A DNA stretch of 64,000 nucleotides from Octopus vulgaris (GCA_951406725.2 OX597822.1:2046001-2110000), one strand, 5' to 3'; shown: positions 41,229 to 55,126, counted from the first letter of the stretch. Translations and numbers: made by a program. Notes: a model not told the origin generated them from the letters alone.

Positions 41229-42415
41229 TGGCCGGTAATAAAGTCACAGAAAAAAAGTCATAATGCCATCGTAATTATATATGATTGCATTATATGACTG
41301 TAAAAAGAAAATCAAATTTTGTTTATATCTTAAGCACAGTAAGGTAATCAAGCAAAAATATTTCAGTCATTTATTGACAGTACATGACATATACAGATTG
41401 AAAACTGCGTATATAATATCGTGGTATTACATGTATATTCAATGTTTTAATGATGATGATTAAGACGAATATTCCAGCCGACACCACGAAGGAATTCTGT
41501 CAGTTTTGTGATCCGCTCGTGAAGCAACACACAAGTTGCGAAGGCGTTCTTGTAGCTGCCCATAGCGTCGACAAACTCTTCTTTGAGGCATCCTGCTGAA
41601 TAATGGTGCTCACTGTCGCTTTTTCACGTTGAAATCATTCAATGACACGCCAGAATGAAGGATGGTATTGAGCAACGAGGTCGAAGAATTTATTATTCCA
41701 CCCTTGGTATGAGCGTTGTTGTTCGTGATGGCGTCATACACATTCCATAGGTGAGGAGCAAACATAGGTGGAATATAACGCTTTCTCAGAGGCATCAAGA
41801 TATCACTGGTCATGGCAACTGGCTGCTGTATCAGTCGAAAGGAGCCACTGACATAATTTGAATCGAAGTACATGAGCAACTCCTCGGCTTCAGGTGGATC
41901 GGATATTTTCGATTTGAACGGCAGTTTTTTCTAGCGGTGTCATATGAAATTATCACCCATAATTATGACCCTAGTATCGATCTATTGCATTTCAATGTTT
42001 TAGGATTAGGGTTAGGGGTGGGGGAAGGGTATCTTTTTTCTTCACAAATGCAAATAAGCCCAATCTGTTTCTTAAACGAGGCACATATTCATACGGCACA
42101 GAATGCTTTTTAACTCAATAGACGTCACCGATTGGTTGAAATTGCAGAAATTGAAGAAAAAAACAACAAATATCTTACAAACTATAGAATTTTCTCAATA
42201 AAGCCAAGATAAAAAGATGATTTATAAACACATTCTACCAGTATACGAAGTTTAAAATTTTTTAGTTACCTAGAAATTTTGTTAAAAACTGCCGTTCAAA
42301 CCGAAGAGAACCGGTGGATCTTGTGGAATGACAATTTTGGGGTATCTCAAACCTTCATTTACGTCTTCTTAGGGCAAAATGCTAGAGCATCAATGGTTGC
42401 ATATATCATGCAAAA
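41229..42415 (-). pseudogene. MULE (Mutator-like) transposase C-terminal relic, split by a MITE
   Basis: Removing 41901-42320 restores IDALAF..DVNEGLRY..PQDPPEAEELLMYFDSNYVSG..PPMFAPHLWNVYDA..T..GWN, typical of animal MULE transposases. Confidence 0.8.
41901..42312 (+). mobile_element. TTAGGG-carrying MITE
   Basis: Perfect 8-bp TSD ggtggatc (41893-41900, 42313-42320). Confidence 0.93.
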
Positions 42416-43110
42416 ACACTCTGCAGACTGTGATAAGTCAATAAAATAGAAATTGAATTTAAAAATTTACTGTTTGTATGCTGCCCCGCTGACAAATATT
42501 TCACTGCCTGGTGGTTGGGGACATTTCCCCTTCGCGATCGTTCAACATACCAGCGGTCGTATCCAAATCTCTTTCAAATATTAGTCTTTTATTGAAACTT
42601 GAGAAAAGATACTTTGAACAATGTAGTACCTAATGAAGGAGAACTAATCAAGATATTCTGTTTTGGGGCTTTTGTTTAAACCCTGGTTTATTCAACGAGT
42701 GAATGACTGATTGCACCTAGAAAGTAACCCTCCGAAGCACAAATCCGGGTAAGTTTGTTTATGGAAGACCAGCAGTCGCCCATGCATACCAGCCTCCTGT
42801 ATCCACGCCACCAATGTTATCCAAAGGAAAGTCAAACGCCACAAGTGACGTCGCAACACATTTCTACAGCTGAGTGAACAGAAGCAACGTAAAATAAAGT
42901 ATCTTGCACAACACACAGCCCGGTCTGCAAATCGAACACAATACTTCATATTTTTGAACCCGACGCTCAAACCATTGAGCCGTGCGGTTTCACAATCAAC
43001 GAGTGATGACTTAGGATTTAGTCTGCAATAAACACTCCACCGACCGCTGTAGTGTTTGTAAAAAACAAAACAAAAAAAACACAAGATCAAATATTTAGGG
43101 AGTGTTATCA

Positions 43111-43280
43111 ACAGGGCCGTTTTGAGCAACATTATAGGGTCCCGGACAAACCAACGCACTGGGCCCTGTAGTATTTATTTATGGGCAGCAAGCCAGAGCA
43201 TATGTAGATCAGATTTGAACCCCTAAAACCACGTGGACTTTGTGCAACTGTCCAGTGTGCCTTAAACAGTATTGGCTATG
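43111..43280. mobile_element. Possible degenerate hAT-type MITE
   Basis: Begins cagggccg; right end decayed. Confidence 0.3.
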
Positions 43281-44006
43281 CAATTACTTTGACCCTTAGT
43301 ATGTGATTACTATCGCTCCAGTCGGATTAAATAATAAATCGACACCTACGCCTCCGGGATTTGAACTCACAATTTTAAAGTATATATCTATAAACAGCAA
43401 TCTACTTAGTTCATCAGTCTCTCAATTCTGTCATTATACTGTCTTATTTGGTGTTATAATATCAAGAAACCTCTCAGGCGATTGTTTGGCATTCAATTAG
43501 AGCTTTAAATTAGAAATTTCAATTAAAGAACTTTAAATTCTAATGAAGTTAACCTTTGATAGAGAGCGAAATATAATTAAACTTAATGTTGTTTTTTTGT
43601 CTTTTTTCTTAAATTGGCCAATAAAGTTTACACGTCGAACAGATAAATTTTCAGCTTAATAGAACGAGATAATGAAAATGAACAGGAAAAAATCTTTGCA
43701 CAATCTTTACACATACTTATATATATATATAAATGTATGTATGCATGTGTATACATACAAACTCATGTATATATATATATATAAAAATATATGCACATAA
43801 CACGTATATATATATATATACATATACACATATATATCAATATATGTACATATATATATACAAATATACACACACATATACATATATATAAATATATATC
43901 AGTATATACATGTATGTATATATATGTATATATATATACCTATATATACTATGCACCTATATAAATGCATATATATGTATGTATATATGCATACATACAT
44001 ACATAT

Positions 44007-44072
<66 letters not shown>

Positions 44073-44837
44073 AAACACATATACGCGAGTGTGTGTGTGT
44101 GTGTGTGTAAGTTTCTATGTGATTGTAAAGTGTATAAGTATACATATACATACACATATAAGTACATATATGCTTGCACATACACACACATATATGCATA
44201 TATATATATATTAAGAGAGGGAGAGATAAATAGAGACAGACAGAAAGAATGAGAGAGGGGTTTCGGTGGTTCTGGCGGTGCCGGTGATGGAGAGGGATAT
44301 AAAACAAGGGGTGCAAATTGAAACAGATACATACATAAAGCAAAGAAAGGTAACTTAAGTAAAGAAAAGAATAGCAAAACATCGCCGACAAAAATGTAAA
44401 TGACAAATATAGTTATTGATGAATAAAGGGGAAAAGATAACAAGTAAGATTGATAGAAGGTGTCATAAAGGAAAGAGAGACGGGGAAAAGGTATGGAGAG
44501 AGGATATGAGAGAATGATAGGGAGACCTGAAGGAGAAAGTTTGAGAGACAGTGAGAGGGAATAGCGAATGATGGAGAGATTGTGTGAGAGGAGATATAGA
44601 AAATGTGGGGGGAAATTATAGCGAGAGAAGAAGAGGGAGACATTGTGAGAATTTTAAAGAATTAATGAGGGAGAAGGCTAGAGAGATAGTAAAAGAGAAA
44701 GATGGAGAGTGAGGGATAATGATGGCAAGATCGTTTGAAACCAGGCTATAGTGAGGGTAAAAAGCATAAGGATGGTGGGAAATGTAGCACGATGGTGAGC
44801 ATGGAGAAGGATGAATAGAGAGAGAGAGAGAAAGAGA

Positions 44838-44874
<37 letters not shown>

Positions 44875-44916
44875 ATAAATCGTTTGAAGGAAAGATATAG
44901 TGAGGGAGAAAGATAA

Positions 44917-45327
44917 GGATCTTTTCGGTTTGAACGGCAGTTTTTTCTATCGGTGTCATGAAATTGTCACCCATAATTATGACACTAGTATCGATCTATT
45001 GCATTTCAATGTTTTAGGGTTAGGGTTTAGGGGTGGGGGGGAAGAGTTTCTTTTTCTTCACAAATGTAAACTAACCCAATCTGTTTCTTAAACGAGGGAC
45101 ATATTCATACGGCACAGAATGTTTTCACCTTAATAGACATCATTGATTGGTTGAAATTGCAGAAATTGAAGGAAAAACAACAAATATCTTACAAACTATA
45201 GAATTTTCTCAATAAAGCCAAGAGTAAAATATGTTTTATAAACACATTCTACCAGTATACGAAGTCTAAAAGTGTTTAGCTACGTGGAAATTATTTTAAA
45301 AAACTGCCGGTCAAACCGAAAAGATTC
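44917..45327 (+). mobile_element. TTAGGG-carrying MITE in a GA-rich tract
   Basis: Perfect 8-bp TSD aaagataa. Confidence 0.93.
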
Positions 45328-45717
45328 AAAGATAAAATGATGAGTGAAAATGTTAAAACGATAATGAGTGAGAAAGACTCCAGATATCGACAAAGGGTGA
45401 TGAAGAGAGCAATGAAGAGAAAGTGAGAGAGAAACATGGTGAGGGTGAAAGGTAGGGAGACATTAAAGGGCAAAAATGGCGAGAAAGTGAGGTGAAAAGT
45501 GACAAAGATGTAAATTTGTTGATGGACAAACAAATGAAAAAACGGACGACTATAAAATATTGAACGAAATAAACTGAATTTCGTTTTCTTAACTGACCAA
45601 AAAAAAAAAACATGTGCACATCAGTCAGATATAAATCAAAAATGAACGAAAAATAAAAGAGAGAATTATAAGAAAAATATACGCCCAAGCTCATGTATAT
45701 GTGAGTGTGTACACGTA

Positions 45718-46316
45718 CAGGGCGCTATGAGTAAATTGTCGGCATTTTATATTTTAAATTTCGCGTATGCGCATTGTTTGTTTTGCATTTTGTCGTCGAC
45801 TACACAGTATAGTAGGGTCAGTTGAGCACCGTCTGTGAGAAAAAGAGCATCATGATACTATTCACTCAGCCACAAATTTATGAATCATTCTTTTGGCACT
45901 ATAAAGAATGATTTAGAAACGACATGCTATGCTACTTAGCTTCGTGCCGGAAGCTCCAATACGAACATCTCAGTGAGCGTGGGTGTCGGTCTGAGGACAG
46001 TGCAATCTGAGGACAGTGCAATCTGAGGACAGTGCAATCTGAGGACATGTGTACCAAGAGTGATAAAATATCAAACATACAGTCAACATTATGGTGTTTG
46101 GTGTGATCACTAGTGATGGCTACGTTATGCCGCCATTCATCTTCCCACACGGCCTCAGAGTTAACACGGAGACCTACATCAAGTGCCTGTAGGAGGTAGG
46201 GCTGCCCTGGGTCAATAGAGTGGCTGTTGGAAGACCCCATGCCTGGCAACAGAACCCTTCGGCATACCACACAAGTAGGAGAACCCAATCATAGCTGTCA
46301 GATAATTTCTGCGACC

Positions 46317-46320
<4 letters not shown>
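45718..46320 (+). pseudogene. Internally deleted Tc1/mariner-superfamily (maT/DD37D-like) transposon relic
   Basis: TA|CAGGG start; VNIMVFGVITSDGYVMPPFIFPHGLRVNTETYIKCL*EVGLPWV..WQQNPSAYHTSRRTQS*LSDNF. Confidence 0.82.
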
Positions 46321-46353
<33 letters not shown>

Positions 46354-46382
46354 TGTATATGTATGTGTGTGTGTGTGTGTTT

Positions 46383-46880
46383 GTCTGTCTGTCTGTGTGT
46401 GTGTGTCATACCAAGTCATATAAGAGAAGAAAAAACTCCCCTGATTTTTAAACAGACGGTTCCTGGGCGAATATCGCCAAGGAATTCCAGATAAATCATC
46501 AACTTCCGGACATATCTTTGTAAATTGTAACGGGCTACTCAAATGGGCTATGGTGCCAAAAGAATGGTTCATGTATGTATATATATATATCCTTAGATAG
46601 TTAGATGCTTACATACGGTTCGACCAGCATAGGGCCAGGCCAGGTTTAAGCTAAATAGAACCATCAGGAAAATACATTTAAATGTGTTTCATATGAACCA
46701 TTCTTTTGGGACCATAGCCCATTTGAGTAGCCAGTAACAATTTACAAAGATATGTCCGGAAGTTGATGATTTATCTGGAATTCCTTGGCGATATTCGCCC
46801 AGGAACCGTCCGTTTAAAAATCAGGGGAGTTTTTTCTTCTCTTATATGACTTGGTATGACACACACACAGACAGACAGAC
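46383..46880. repeat. Near-perfect ~190-bp inverted repeat with ~120-bp spacer
   Basis: Arms 46383-46572 and 46693-46880 differ at only a few bases. Confidence 0.92.
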
Positions 46881-46938
46881 ATACACACACACACATATAT
46901 ATATACTAATATATATATACACACACACATATATATAT

Positions 46939-47060
46939 ACTAATAGAGGCACCCGGCGTTGCCCGGGAAGAAACTTTTCTTTACGTATTGGAATAATAAT
47001 AATAATAATAAACGAAGATACAAAATTTACCACTTTTATGAAAGGAGTTAAACTCTACCA
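46939..47060 (-). mobile_element. Helitron-like 3' end fragment
   Basis: Minus strand cccgggcaacgccgggtg..ttag|t; hairpin like 53381-53399. Confidence 0.45.
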
Positions 47061-47159
47061 CATATGTTGAAGGATATTATGTAATGTGTATATATATATT
47101 TATGTGTATCTATATATATGCATGTATGTATTATGTATGCATGTATGTGTGTCTGTATG

Positions 47160-47190
<31 letters not shown>

Positions 47191-47199
47191 GCTTGTATA

Positions 47200-47975
47200 T
47201 GTTTGTGTGTCTGTTTGTCTGCCCAACATCGCTTAACAGCGGATGCTGGTGCATTTACGCCCCCTAACTTAGCGCTTCGGTTTAAGGAACCGATAGAATA
47301 AGTTCTAGGCTTACAAAGAATAAGTCCTGGGGTCAATTTTCTCGATTAAAGGCGGTACTTCAGTATGGCCGCAGTCAAATGACTGAAACAAAGAATAAAA
47401 GAATAAAAGAATACACACACACGGAATAATTAATCATAAATTGAATGATTACTCCACGCAATTAGCGTATCATATGCTTTGAGAGGGACTTAGAGGCCCA
47501 CGTGTTTGTATATATACGTGTCTGTATATTTGTCTGAAAGGGTATGTATGTGTGTGGCTGTATACTCTTTTACTTGTTTCAGTCATTTTGACTGCGGCCA
47601 AGCTGGAGCACTGCCTTTAGTCGAGCGAATCGGCCCCGGGACTTATTCTTTGTAAGTCTAGTGCTTATTCTATCGGTCTCTTTTGCCAAACCGCTAAGTG
47701 ACGGGGGCGTAAACACACCAGCATTGGTTGTCAAGCAATGCTAGGGGGACAAACACAGGCACACAAACACACACACACACACACACATATACATATATAT
47801 ATACATATATACAACAGGCTTCTTTCAGTTTCCGTCTACCAAATCCACTCACAAGGCATTGGTCGGCCCCCGGCTATAGCAGAAGACGCTTGCCCAAGAT
47901 GCCACGCAGTGGGACTGAACCCGGAACCATGTGGTTGGTTAGCAAGCTACTTACTACACAGCCACTCCTGCGCCT
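47200..47975. mobile_element. SINE B tail (+, 47200-47412) facing a full SINE B (-, 47565-47975)
   Basis: Homology to 23291. Confidence 0.88.
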
Positions 47976-48319
47976 ATGTGTACGGACAGCACATACGTGT
48001 TTGTGTGCATGTGGAAACATAAGAAACACGGTGAAAAATGAATTGAAATGAGCATGGTGTTGAATTTGGGGAGGCTGTCCATGGTGGAGATTGCATCGTG
48101 AGGGGAGGAGATAAATGCCGTTTTCGTGTCTAAAGCAGTTACTGTGTAGTGACCGGGATATTTTATATAAACAAGCCTGAATAGGCACGGGTTGTTGACA
48201 GGACAATTAAGGAAACAGGGGCTCCCCACTTGATTGAAGTAGACAGTCCGATAAACAGCCACACTGACATATACACAAGCCAGACAGTGAGTCAATCGAT
48301 GTATTTGCCTTGTTTAGCT

Positions 48320-48584
<265 letters not shown>

Positions 48585-48699
48585 CTGCGCGACAGTGTTT
48601 GCGTTAAAGAGACGTTGTCTTTGTTTACGCCATATTCTCATTTCTCTCTCTCACTCTCTCTGTCTGTCTGTCTTTCTCTTTCTCTCACTGTCTCTCCCT

Positions 48700-48734
<35 letters not shown>

Positions 48735-48989
48735 CTGAGAACTGAGCAACAACGGCCCCTGGTATTAGTTGGCGTGTGTATGAGAAGGTAGATAGGGGCG
48801 AAATGTTGGGTGCGTGGCTTTATTGTGTGGGGGGACGGTTGATGGTCTTGCTCACAAAGAACCCCCCCACCCTACTTCGTCACCCTTCTCACATTATGCC
48901 TACACTCACCTTGCTATCGTTATTATAAACTTGTGTAACTAATATCGATGCTACAAACCGCGCCAGCAGCCACAACAATAACAATCTCT

Positions 48990-49030
48990 CCGTCACCACC
49001 ACCGCCACCACCACCACCACCACCACCACA

Positions 49031-49086
<56 letters not shown>

Positions 49087-49112
49087 CACCACCAACACCA
49101 CCACCACTGCTT

Positions 49113-49146
<34 letters not shown>

Positions 49147-49174
49147 CACCACCACTACTACTACTATTACTACC

Positions 49175-49212
<38 letters not shown>

Positions 49213-49720
49213 AATCACACTGTCATCATTGGTCAACACACCACACGCTACAAACACCACTCTGCTTCACCCCACACAAGCTTCGGACAGAGTCATAATG
49301 TCCACCCTTGTTGCGTCATCACTCCACCATCACCATCATCCCCGCCAGCCACAGCACCACCTCTACCATCATCAACCACAGCCGTCACCATCACGCCCAC
49401 CACCACTATCATCATCATCATCATCACCACCGCCGCCACCATCATCAGCATCACTACTGCCACCCCACCACCATCATCATCACCACCGCAACAACCTTCA
49501 CTGTCGCCACCTCCATCACTACCACCACCACCGCCACCACACTCACCATCACCACCACCACCACTAATACCGCCTCCACTGCCACCCACCTACCACTGCT
49601 ACCTACATCACTACCTTTACCTCAAACATCATCGGTAACTTCATCCCCACTACCCCTACCTCCGTCACTGACATCATCAACATCACCGCAGCCACCGTCA
49701 CCATCATCACCGCCATGACC
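48990..49720. repeat. (CAC)/(TAC)/(CAT) trinucleotide low-complexity tract
   Basis: Direct reading. Confidence 0.9.
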
Positions 49721-50112
49721 ATCACGGACGATATACTGGAAATAGTTGGCGACTATCTCAAAAATCACACACGACAATCTTTGAAAATTAGAAACTTGGA
49801 GAAAAATGAAAAGAAGATTAATGAATAAGTAAAAAAGATGTTCATGCGTGGAACATATTTGATCATGGATCTGGCTAATGCCAGTTGGTTAATGACAGTT
49901 GGTTGATGACATTTGGTTAATGACAAGGGCTGAACGATAACTTGGGTTGATCGAGAAAAGAACGTCCCTCATCATATTTCTCTGTCAAGGTTGACATGAG
50001 ACTTCGCAACAGCAAATTAGATTGGCAATGGGCTAAGCAACAGCAAGATACACCAGCTACAACAAAAGCGACAGCAATAATCGCAACAACAACGACAATA
50101 AGAAAAGATAGA

Positions 50113-50439
50113 ACCGGCACTCCGTCGGTTACGACGATGAGGGTTCCAATTGATCCGATCAACAGAGCAGCCTGCTCGAGGAATTAACGTGCAAGTGACT
50201 GAGTACTCCACAGATACACGTACCCTTAAACGTAGTTCTCATGGAGATTCAGCGTGACACAGAATATAACATGGCTGGCCCTTTGAGGAGCAGGTACTAC
50301 TCACTTTTGCCAGCTGAGTAGACTGGTGCAACGGGAAATATAGTGTCTTGCTCAAGGAAAAAATGCGCCGCTGTGAACCGAACTCACGACCTTATGATTA
50401 TGAAGCGAATACCCTAACCATTAAGCTATGAGCCTTCAC
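50113..50439 (-). mobile_element. SINE family D (tRNA-like head)
   Basis: Minus strand gtgaaggctcatagcttaatggttagggtattcg..gtcgtgagttcgg..ccttgagcaagacact. Confidence 0.8.
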
Positions 50440-50462
50440 TTACCATAGCAACAACAGCAACA

Positions 50463-50950
50463 ATGGAGGTGCAATGGTCCAGTGGTTAGGGCAGCGGACT
50501 CGCGGTCGTAAGAACGCGGTTTCGATTCCCAAACCGAGCATTGTGAATGTTTATTGAGCAAAAACACCTAAGCTCCACAAGATTCCGGCCGGGGGTAGGG
50601 GGAGTTGAACCCCGCAGTACTCTTTCACCACAACTTTCTCTCACTCTTTCTTCCTACTTCCGCCACAAAGCAGAGGAACCATAGTGTAATCCACTATGGT
50701 GTAATAAACTTTCAGACCCTAGTCAAGAATGCGAATCCTCTGTACCCCAGGATGGTTCAGCTCTCCACCCGTTAAAAGGTACCGTTTACGGAATGATGAT
50801 AACAACGTAGCTTTTGCGCCAGTCTATTGCGTGCGGTGGGTGGATCTTCAAGTTGCCACAGACACTCTTAGTAGCTTAGAGTAGGCTCGAATTAGGGATT
50901 ATTCTTTGTGGCTAATGGCGTGAGTCCTAATTGGAAGAAGAAGAAGAACA
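50463..50950 (+). mobile_element. SINE family C, tail type 3 ending in (GAA)n
   Basis: Head and body match 13229; different sequence after ctctcactctttcttcc. Confidence 0.7.
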
Positions 50951-51498
50951 ATAACAACAGCATCAGCAAGAACAACAACAACAACAATAACGACAAAAAA
51001 CGGAACATCTGTGATAAGTCTGTTCAATCTAGGTTGACCTGGGGTTAAACATTACACAACAGACTAATTGCGAGTGTATGATCTTTAGATAAAGTCTGCT
51101 CAGTAAAAGCTGGCCTAAGTTAAACAACACTTGCTCTCTGATGGCTGACCAGGGGCTAAATAACGGCAACAGAAAATTGATCGCATTTAGAACACATTTC
51201 ATAATTGGTCTTCACTTTCACGGCCGACATGGAATATGTTAAAGCATGATAACAAAAACAGCAGGAAGAAAACCTAAACTGAGACATAGACAACCTTTTT
51301 TCGAGAAGCGGGTCGCATGAGTCACACCTCCTCGTCATCAAAGTGGACTGCATGAGTAATGGTTCATTATCAAGCGGGTCGCACTCTTAAGAGATTCGTG
51401 GTCCGTATACATTAGGCGTCCCATCAAGAAAGTCCCACGGGTCACAGTTTGCCCAATGAATGATTCAAACAGCAAGCCACAAAAAGCAACAACAGCAT

Positions 51499-51555
51499 AC
51501 CACCACCACCACCACCACCACCACCACCACCACCACCACCACCACCACCACCACC

Positions 51556-51616
<61 letters not shown>

Positions 51617-51640
51617 GCAACAACAACAGCAACAACAATG
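51499..51640. repeat. (CAC)n(CAA)n microsatellite
   Basis: Direct reading. Confidence 0.95.
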
Positions 51641-52732
51641 TCATCACTCAAAATGGTTGCTGGTGTTAGTGAGAATGGGAACTTGATATGGAATTAAGCT
51701 GCAATAGAAATACAAAGTAGACTAACTTTGGCTTATATTGTTATTATTTTTTTAAAAGAATGATGTGACTCACTCTTCCGCGATACACAAACAAGGTAGC
51801 ATCGATATGAGTTCTCGATACACATGTACGATTGACTTGTTAGAAATAGTAGCAAAGCCTCCCTCAAATTACTCTAATCTTCACCAAAAATCAAACCAAC
51901 AAAAGGAATAGTTGTATAATGTAGTAATGTGTGCGTGCGTATATTTGGGACTCCACAATGTCAAGAGAGCCGCGTAACTCTGGATCGTATCTAATCAGTG
52001 GCCTGCGATGAAACTGTCACCATTACAAAATCACCACAATCATCACCAACACCAACACCAAAACCACCATCACTACCATCATCGTTATCGTCGCCATCAT
52101 CATCATCGTCATCATCGTCATCATCATCATCATCATCATCGTCATCTTTTTCTTCTTCTGGATCATAATCACCATGATCATTATCATCATCGTCATCGTC
52201 ATTATTTTCCTAGCTATCGTCGCATTTCTATTGTATTAGCAACTCTACTACAACCGCCACAAATATCACCACCACCGCCACTACCACAACAACCACTATC
52301 ACCAGCATCACTACACTATCACCACCCGATCACCACCCCATCATCATTGTCAACCTTATTCCGTCAGGCCGGCTGTTACGTAGAAGTGGCTGGCTTACTT
52401 CTAAAAGAACAAAGTGTTTGTTTCCAGTAATCAGCCACCAGCCCGCCAACAAAATCACCGGCGTTACCAACCCAGCACCAGCAGCGGCCCGCCAGCGCCA
52501 CCAGCACCTCTACCAACACCTCCTACACTATAATGTTACAACTGTTGACATAGGCCGGACACAGAAAACAGAAATAATCGAGAAATATGTACACCTTCAA
52601 CAGTATAAATTAGTGTGTGTGTGTGTGTGGGTTTGTGTATCAAAGACGTTTCCATTCTTCCCGAGCGTCAAAGCAATAAACCGGTTGTTCTTCCATCACT
52701 TGTCTTTGTCTTTGGTTTTCTCTAAATTTGAA

Positions 52733-52877
<145 letters not shown>

Positions 52878-53046
52878 CAAACGCACACACATGCAGATGC
52901 ATCCAAACATACACGTACATACACAGATACATCCACGCATCCACATACATATAAATACGTTCCCTCACACTGACAAATAGGTAACCTCGAACACACAGAC
53001 ACAACCCTCCCTATACACACACATACTGACTTGTACCGTTGAATTA

Positions 53047-53409
53047 TCTCTCTATATATGAACGGCAAAATGTCTGCGTGTGTGTCCTTTATACAAATTC
53101 ACAATTTTTCAGTTAGAGGGCTCGCACTTTCTATGGTCATTCAAAACCGTCCAAGGGTGGTCGTGCACATCTTTACATTTCCTCAGTCACCCCGCAAAGA
53201 CAATAAAATATCAATAGAAGTGATTTTTTGTGAATTTTCTATCCAAAACCCAATCAAAATGCCCGAAACTTGATACGCCAATTGAATGCCAGCTAGCTGT
53301 ATATGATTGGTCGGAGATTTGGACAGTACTCGCGTCTATGTGCGCACGCACGCAGTTGTATATGCATGCACTAGCACTATGACCCGGCAACGCCGGGTCA
53401 TAGTGCTAG
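53047..53409 (+). mobile_element. Non-autonomous Helitron, complete
   Basis: A|TC start, CTAG|T end, terminal palindrome 53371-53409. Confidence 0.9.
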
Positions 53410-53711
53410 TCTAAAATAAGAGTGGATATCTTAAGCGTCGCATACAATACCATCCCCACAGTATTTATTCCAACTCGCTAGGTTTTGCGATTTTATCATT
53501 CATTAAATTTTGGAGTAATAATAAAATAATAATATAAGTGTAGTCCTGTGGACGGAGACGGTTAAAACGCCACATGAGATAATTTGCGGTATCTGACCTT
53601 TCCCAGTCTATTTTTTAACGCCCAAATTCTTGCATTCTGAAACGCTGATATCAAATTGTATTCATCTCTGCCTTTTTCTTGGTAAGACCTGCAAGCATTG
53701 GCAATCTCTTG

Positions 53712-54150
53712 GGATCTTTTTGGTTTGAACGGCAGTTTTTAACATAATTTCTAGGTAACTAAAAAATGTTAAACTTCGTATACTGGTAGAATGTGTTTAT
53801 AAAACATCTTTTTCTCTTGGCTTTATTGAGAAAATTCTATAGTTTGTAAGATATTTGTTTTATTTTCTTCAATTTCTGCAATTTCAACCAATCAATGACG
53901 TCCATTGAGGTAAAAAAACACATTCTGTGCCGTATGAATATGTCCCACATTTAAGAAACAGATTGGGCTTATTAACATTTGTAAAGAAAAATGGTACCCT
54001 TCCCCCCACTCCTAACCCTAAATCTAACCCTAACTAACCCTAATCCTAAAACAGATTGAAATGCAATAGATCGATATTAGGGTCATAATTATGGGTGACA
54101 ATTTCATATGACACCTCTAGAAAAAACTGCCGTTCAAACCGAATAGTTCC
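53712..54150 (-). mobile_element. TTAGGG-carrying MITE
   Basis: Perfect 8-bp TSD atctcttg. Confidence 0.93.
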
Positions 54151-54359
54151 ATCTCTTGTCTTCCATATGTAACATTTTACCCACGCTTGCGGTTTGAAAG
54201 TAGGCTTCCGGGTGCGGAAAGTTTGGATGAGGGCGGATAAGTGGATTACATCTTCAACTGTTACTTGTTTTATCGATCCCGAAGGATGAAAGGCAAAGAC
54301 TACCTCGGCAGAATTTAAAACTCGGAACGAAATGCTCGGCGAGCTAATGATTATATACA

Positions 54360-54648
54360 TAGAGGGTGGGTGAAAAGAAAGTAGGTATTCAAATTTGGAA
54401 ATTTCCTGTACTGTTGCCACGTACTCCGCTGATCGAGATGTAGTTGGACGGCCATTTCTTGCATCGTTCACAGAGCCCGTGGTCATCAGCTTTGCACGAC
54501 AACTTGTTGTCTCCGGACGTGGTGCTTACCTTCCCATACTTACCTTCTCATGTATGCTACCATCTCTGAATCAAAACAATGGAATTGCACACTTCGTAGC
54601 GTGCTGCTATTTTAGCTCGTTCCTGAACAGTCAAGGAATCCGTCATCT
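54360..54648 (-). pseudogene. Tc1/mariner-superfamily transposase N-terminal (HTH) relic
   Basis: LTVQERAKIAARYEV..QRW..KLMTTGSVNDARNGRPTTSRS (TGSV.D..R.GRP motif). Confidence 0.7.
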
Positions 54649-54893
54649 GGAAAATAAGAAATAAGAAATAAAATAATAAGAAAATAAATAATCCCGATTA
54701 GTGTTGTTTGTTTAAAAAATGTTTTCGTCATGACTTCAGTGATATTAAACATTTTCTAAGCAATTTCTAATGCCTAATGACATTAATTCCGACACATATT
54801 TTCCTCTCTACATTTTTCGTTCAATTAATACACTTGCTTTACATTAATCTTTTGTTCTCTATAAACACACACACACACACACACATACACACA

Positions 54894-54937
<44 letters not shown>

Positions 54938-54947
54938 CGCATATTAG

Positions 54948-55123
54948 CCACTACACACCTTTTTTTCTCTTCTTGTTTCTCTCCTTGATTTTTCTGTGTC
55001 TCTTTCTGTAGAAGAGCGTAGGCTCGAAACGTAAAACCTTTTTTCTATTCCTGAGCGTTATACTAATACATCTGTTTGTTTTGTACACCACCTGTCTTCG
55101 TCTTTTGTTTTTTCGTAAACTCT

Positions 55124-55126
<3 letters not shown>
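54948..55126 (+). mobile_element. (TA)n-associated short element, family P2
   Basis: ctgtagaagagcgtaggctcgaaacgtaa. Confidence 0.78.

Noticed and set aside
42692-43159. 155-aa minus-strand ORF
   Set aside because: Composition is not protein-like, it has a non-ATG start, and it overlaps a probable MITE.
48948-49718. His/Pro/Thr-rich ORFs resembling low-complexity transcription-factor regions
   Set aside because: Degenerate CAC/CAT repeat is open in several frames on both strands; no domain present.
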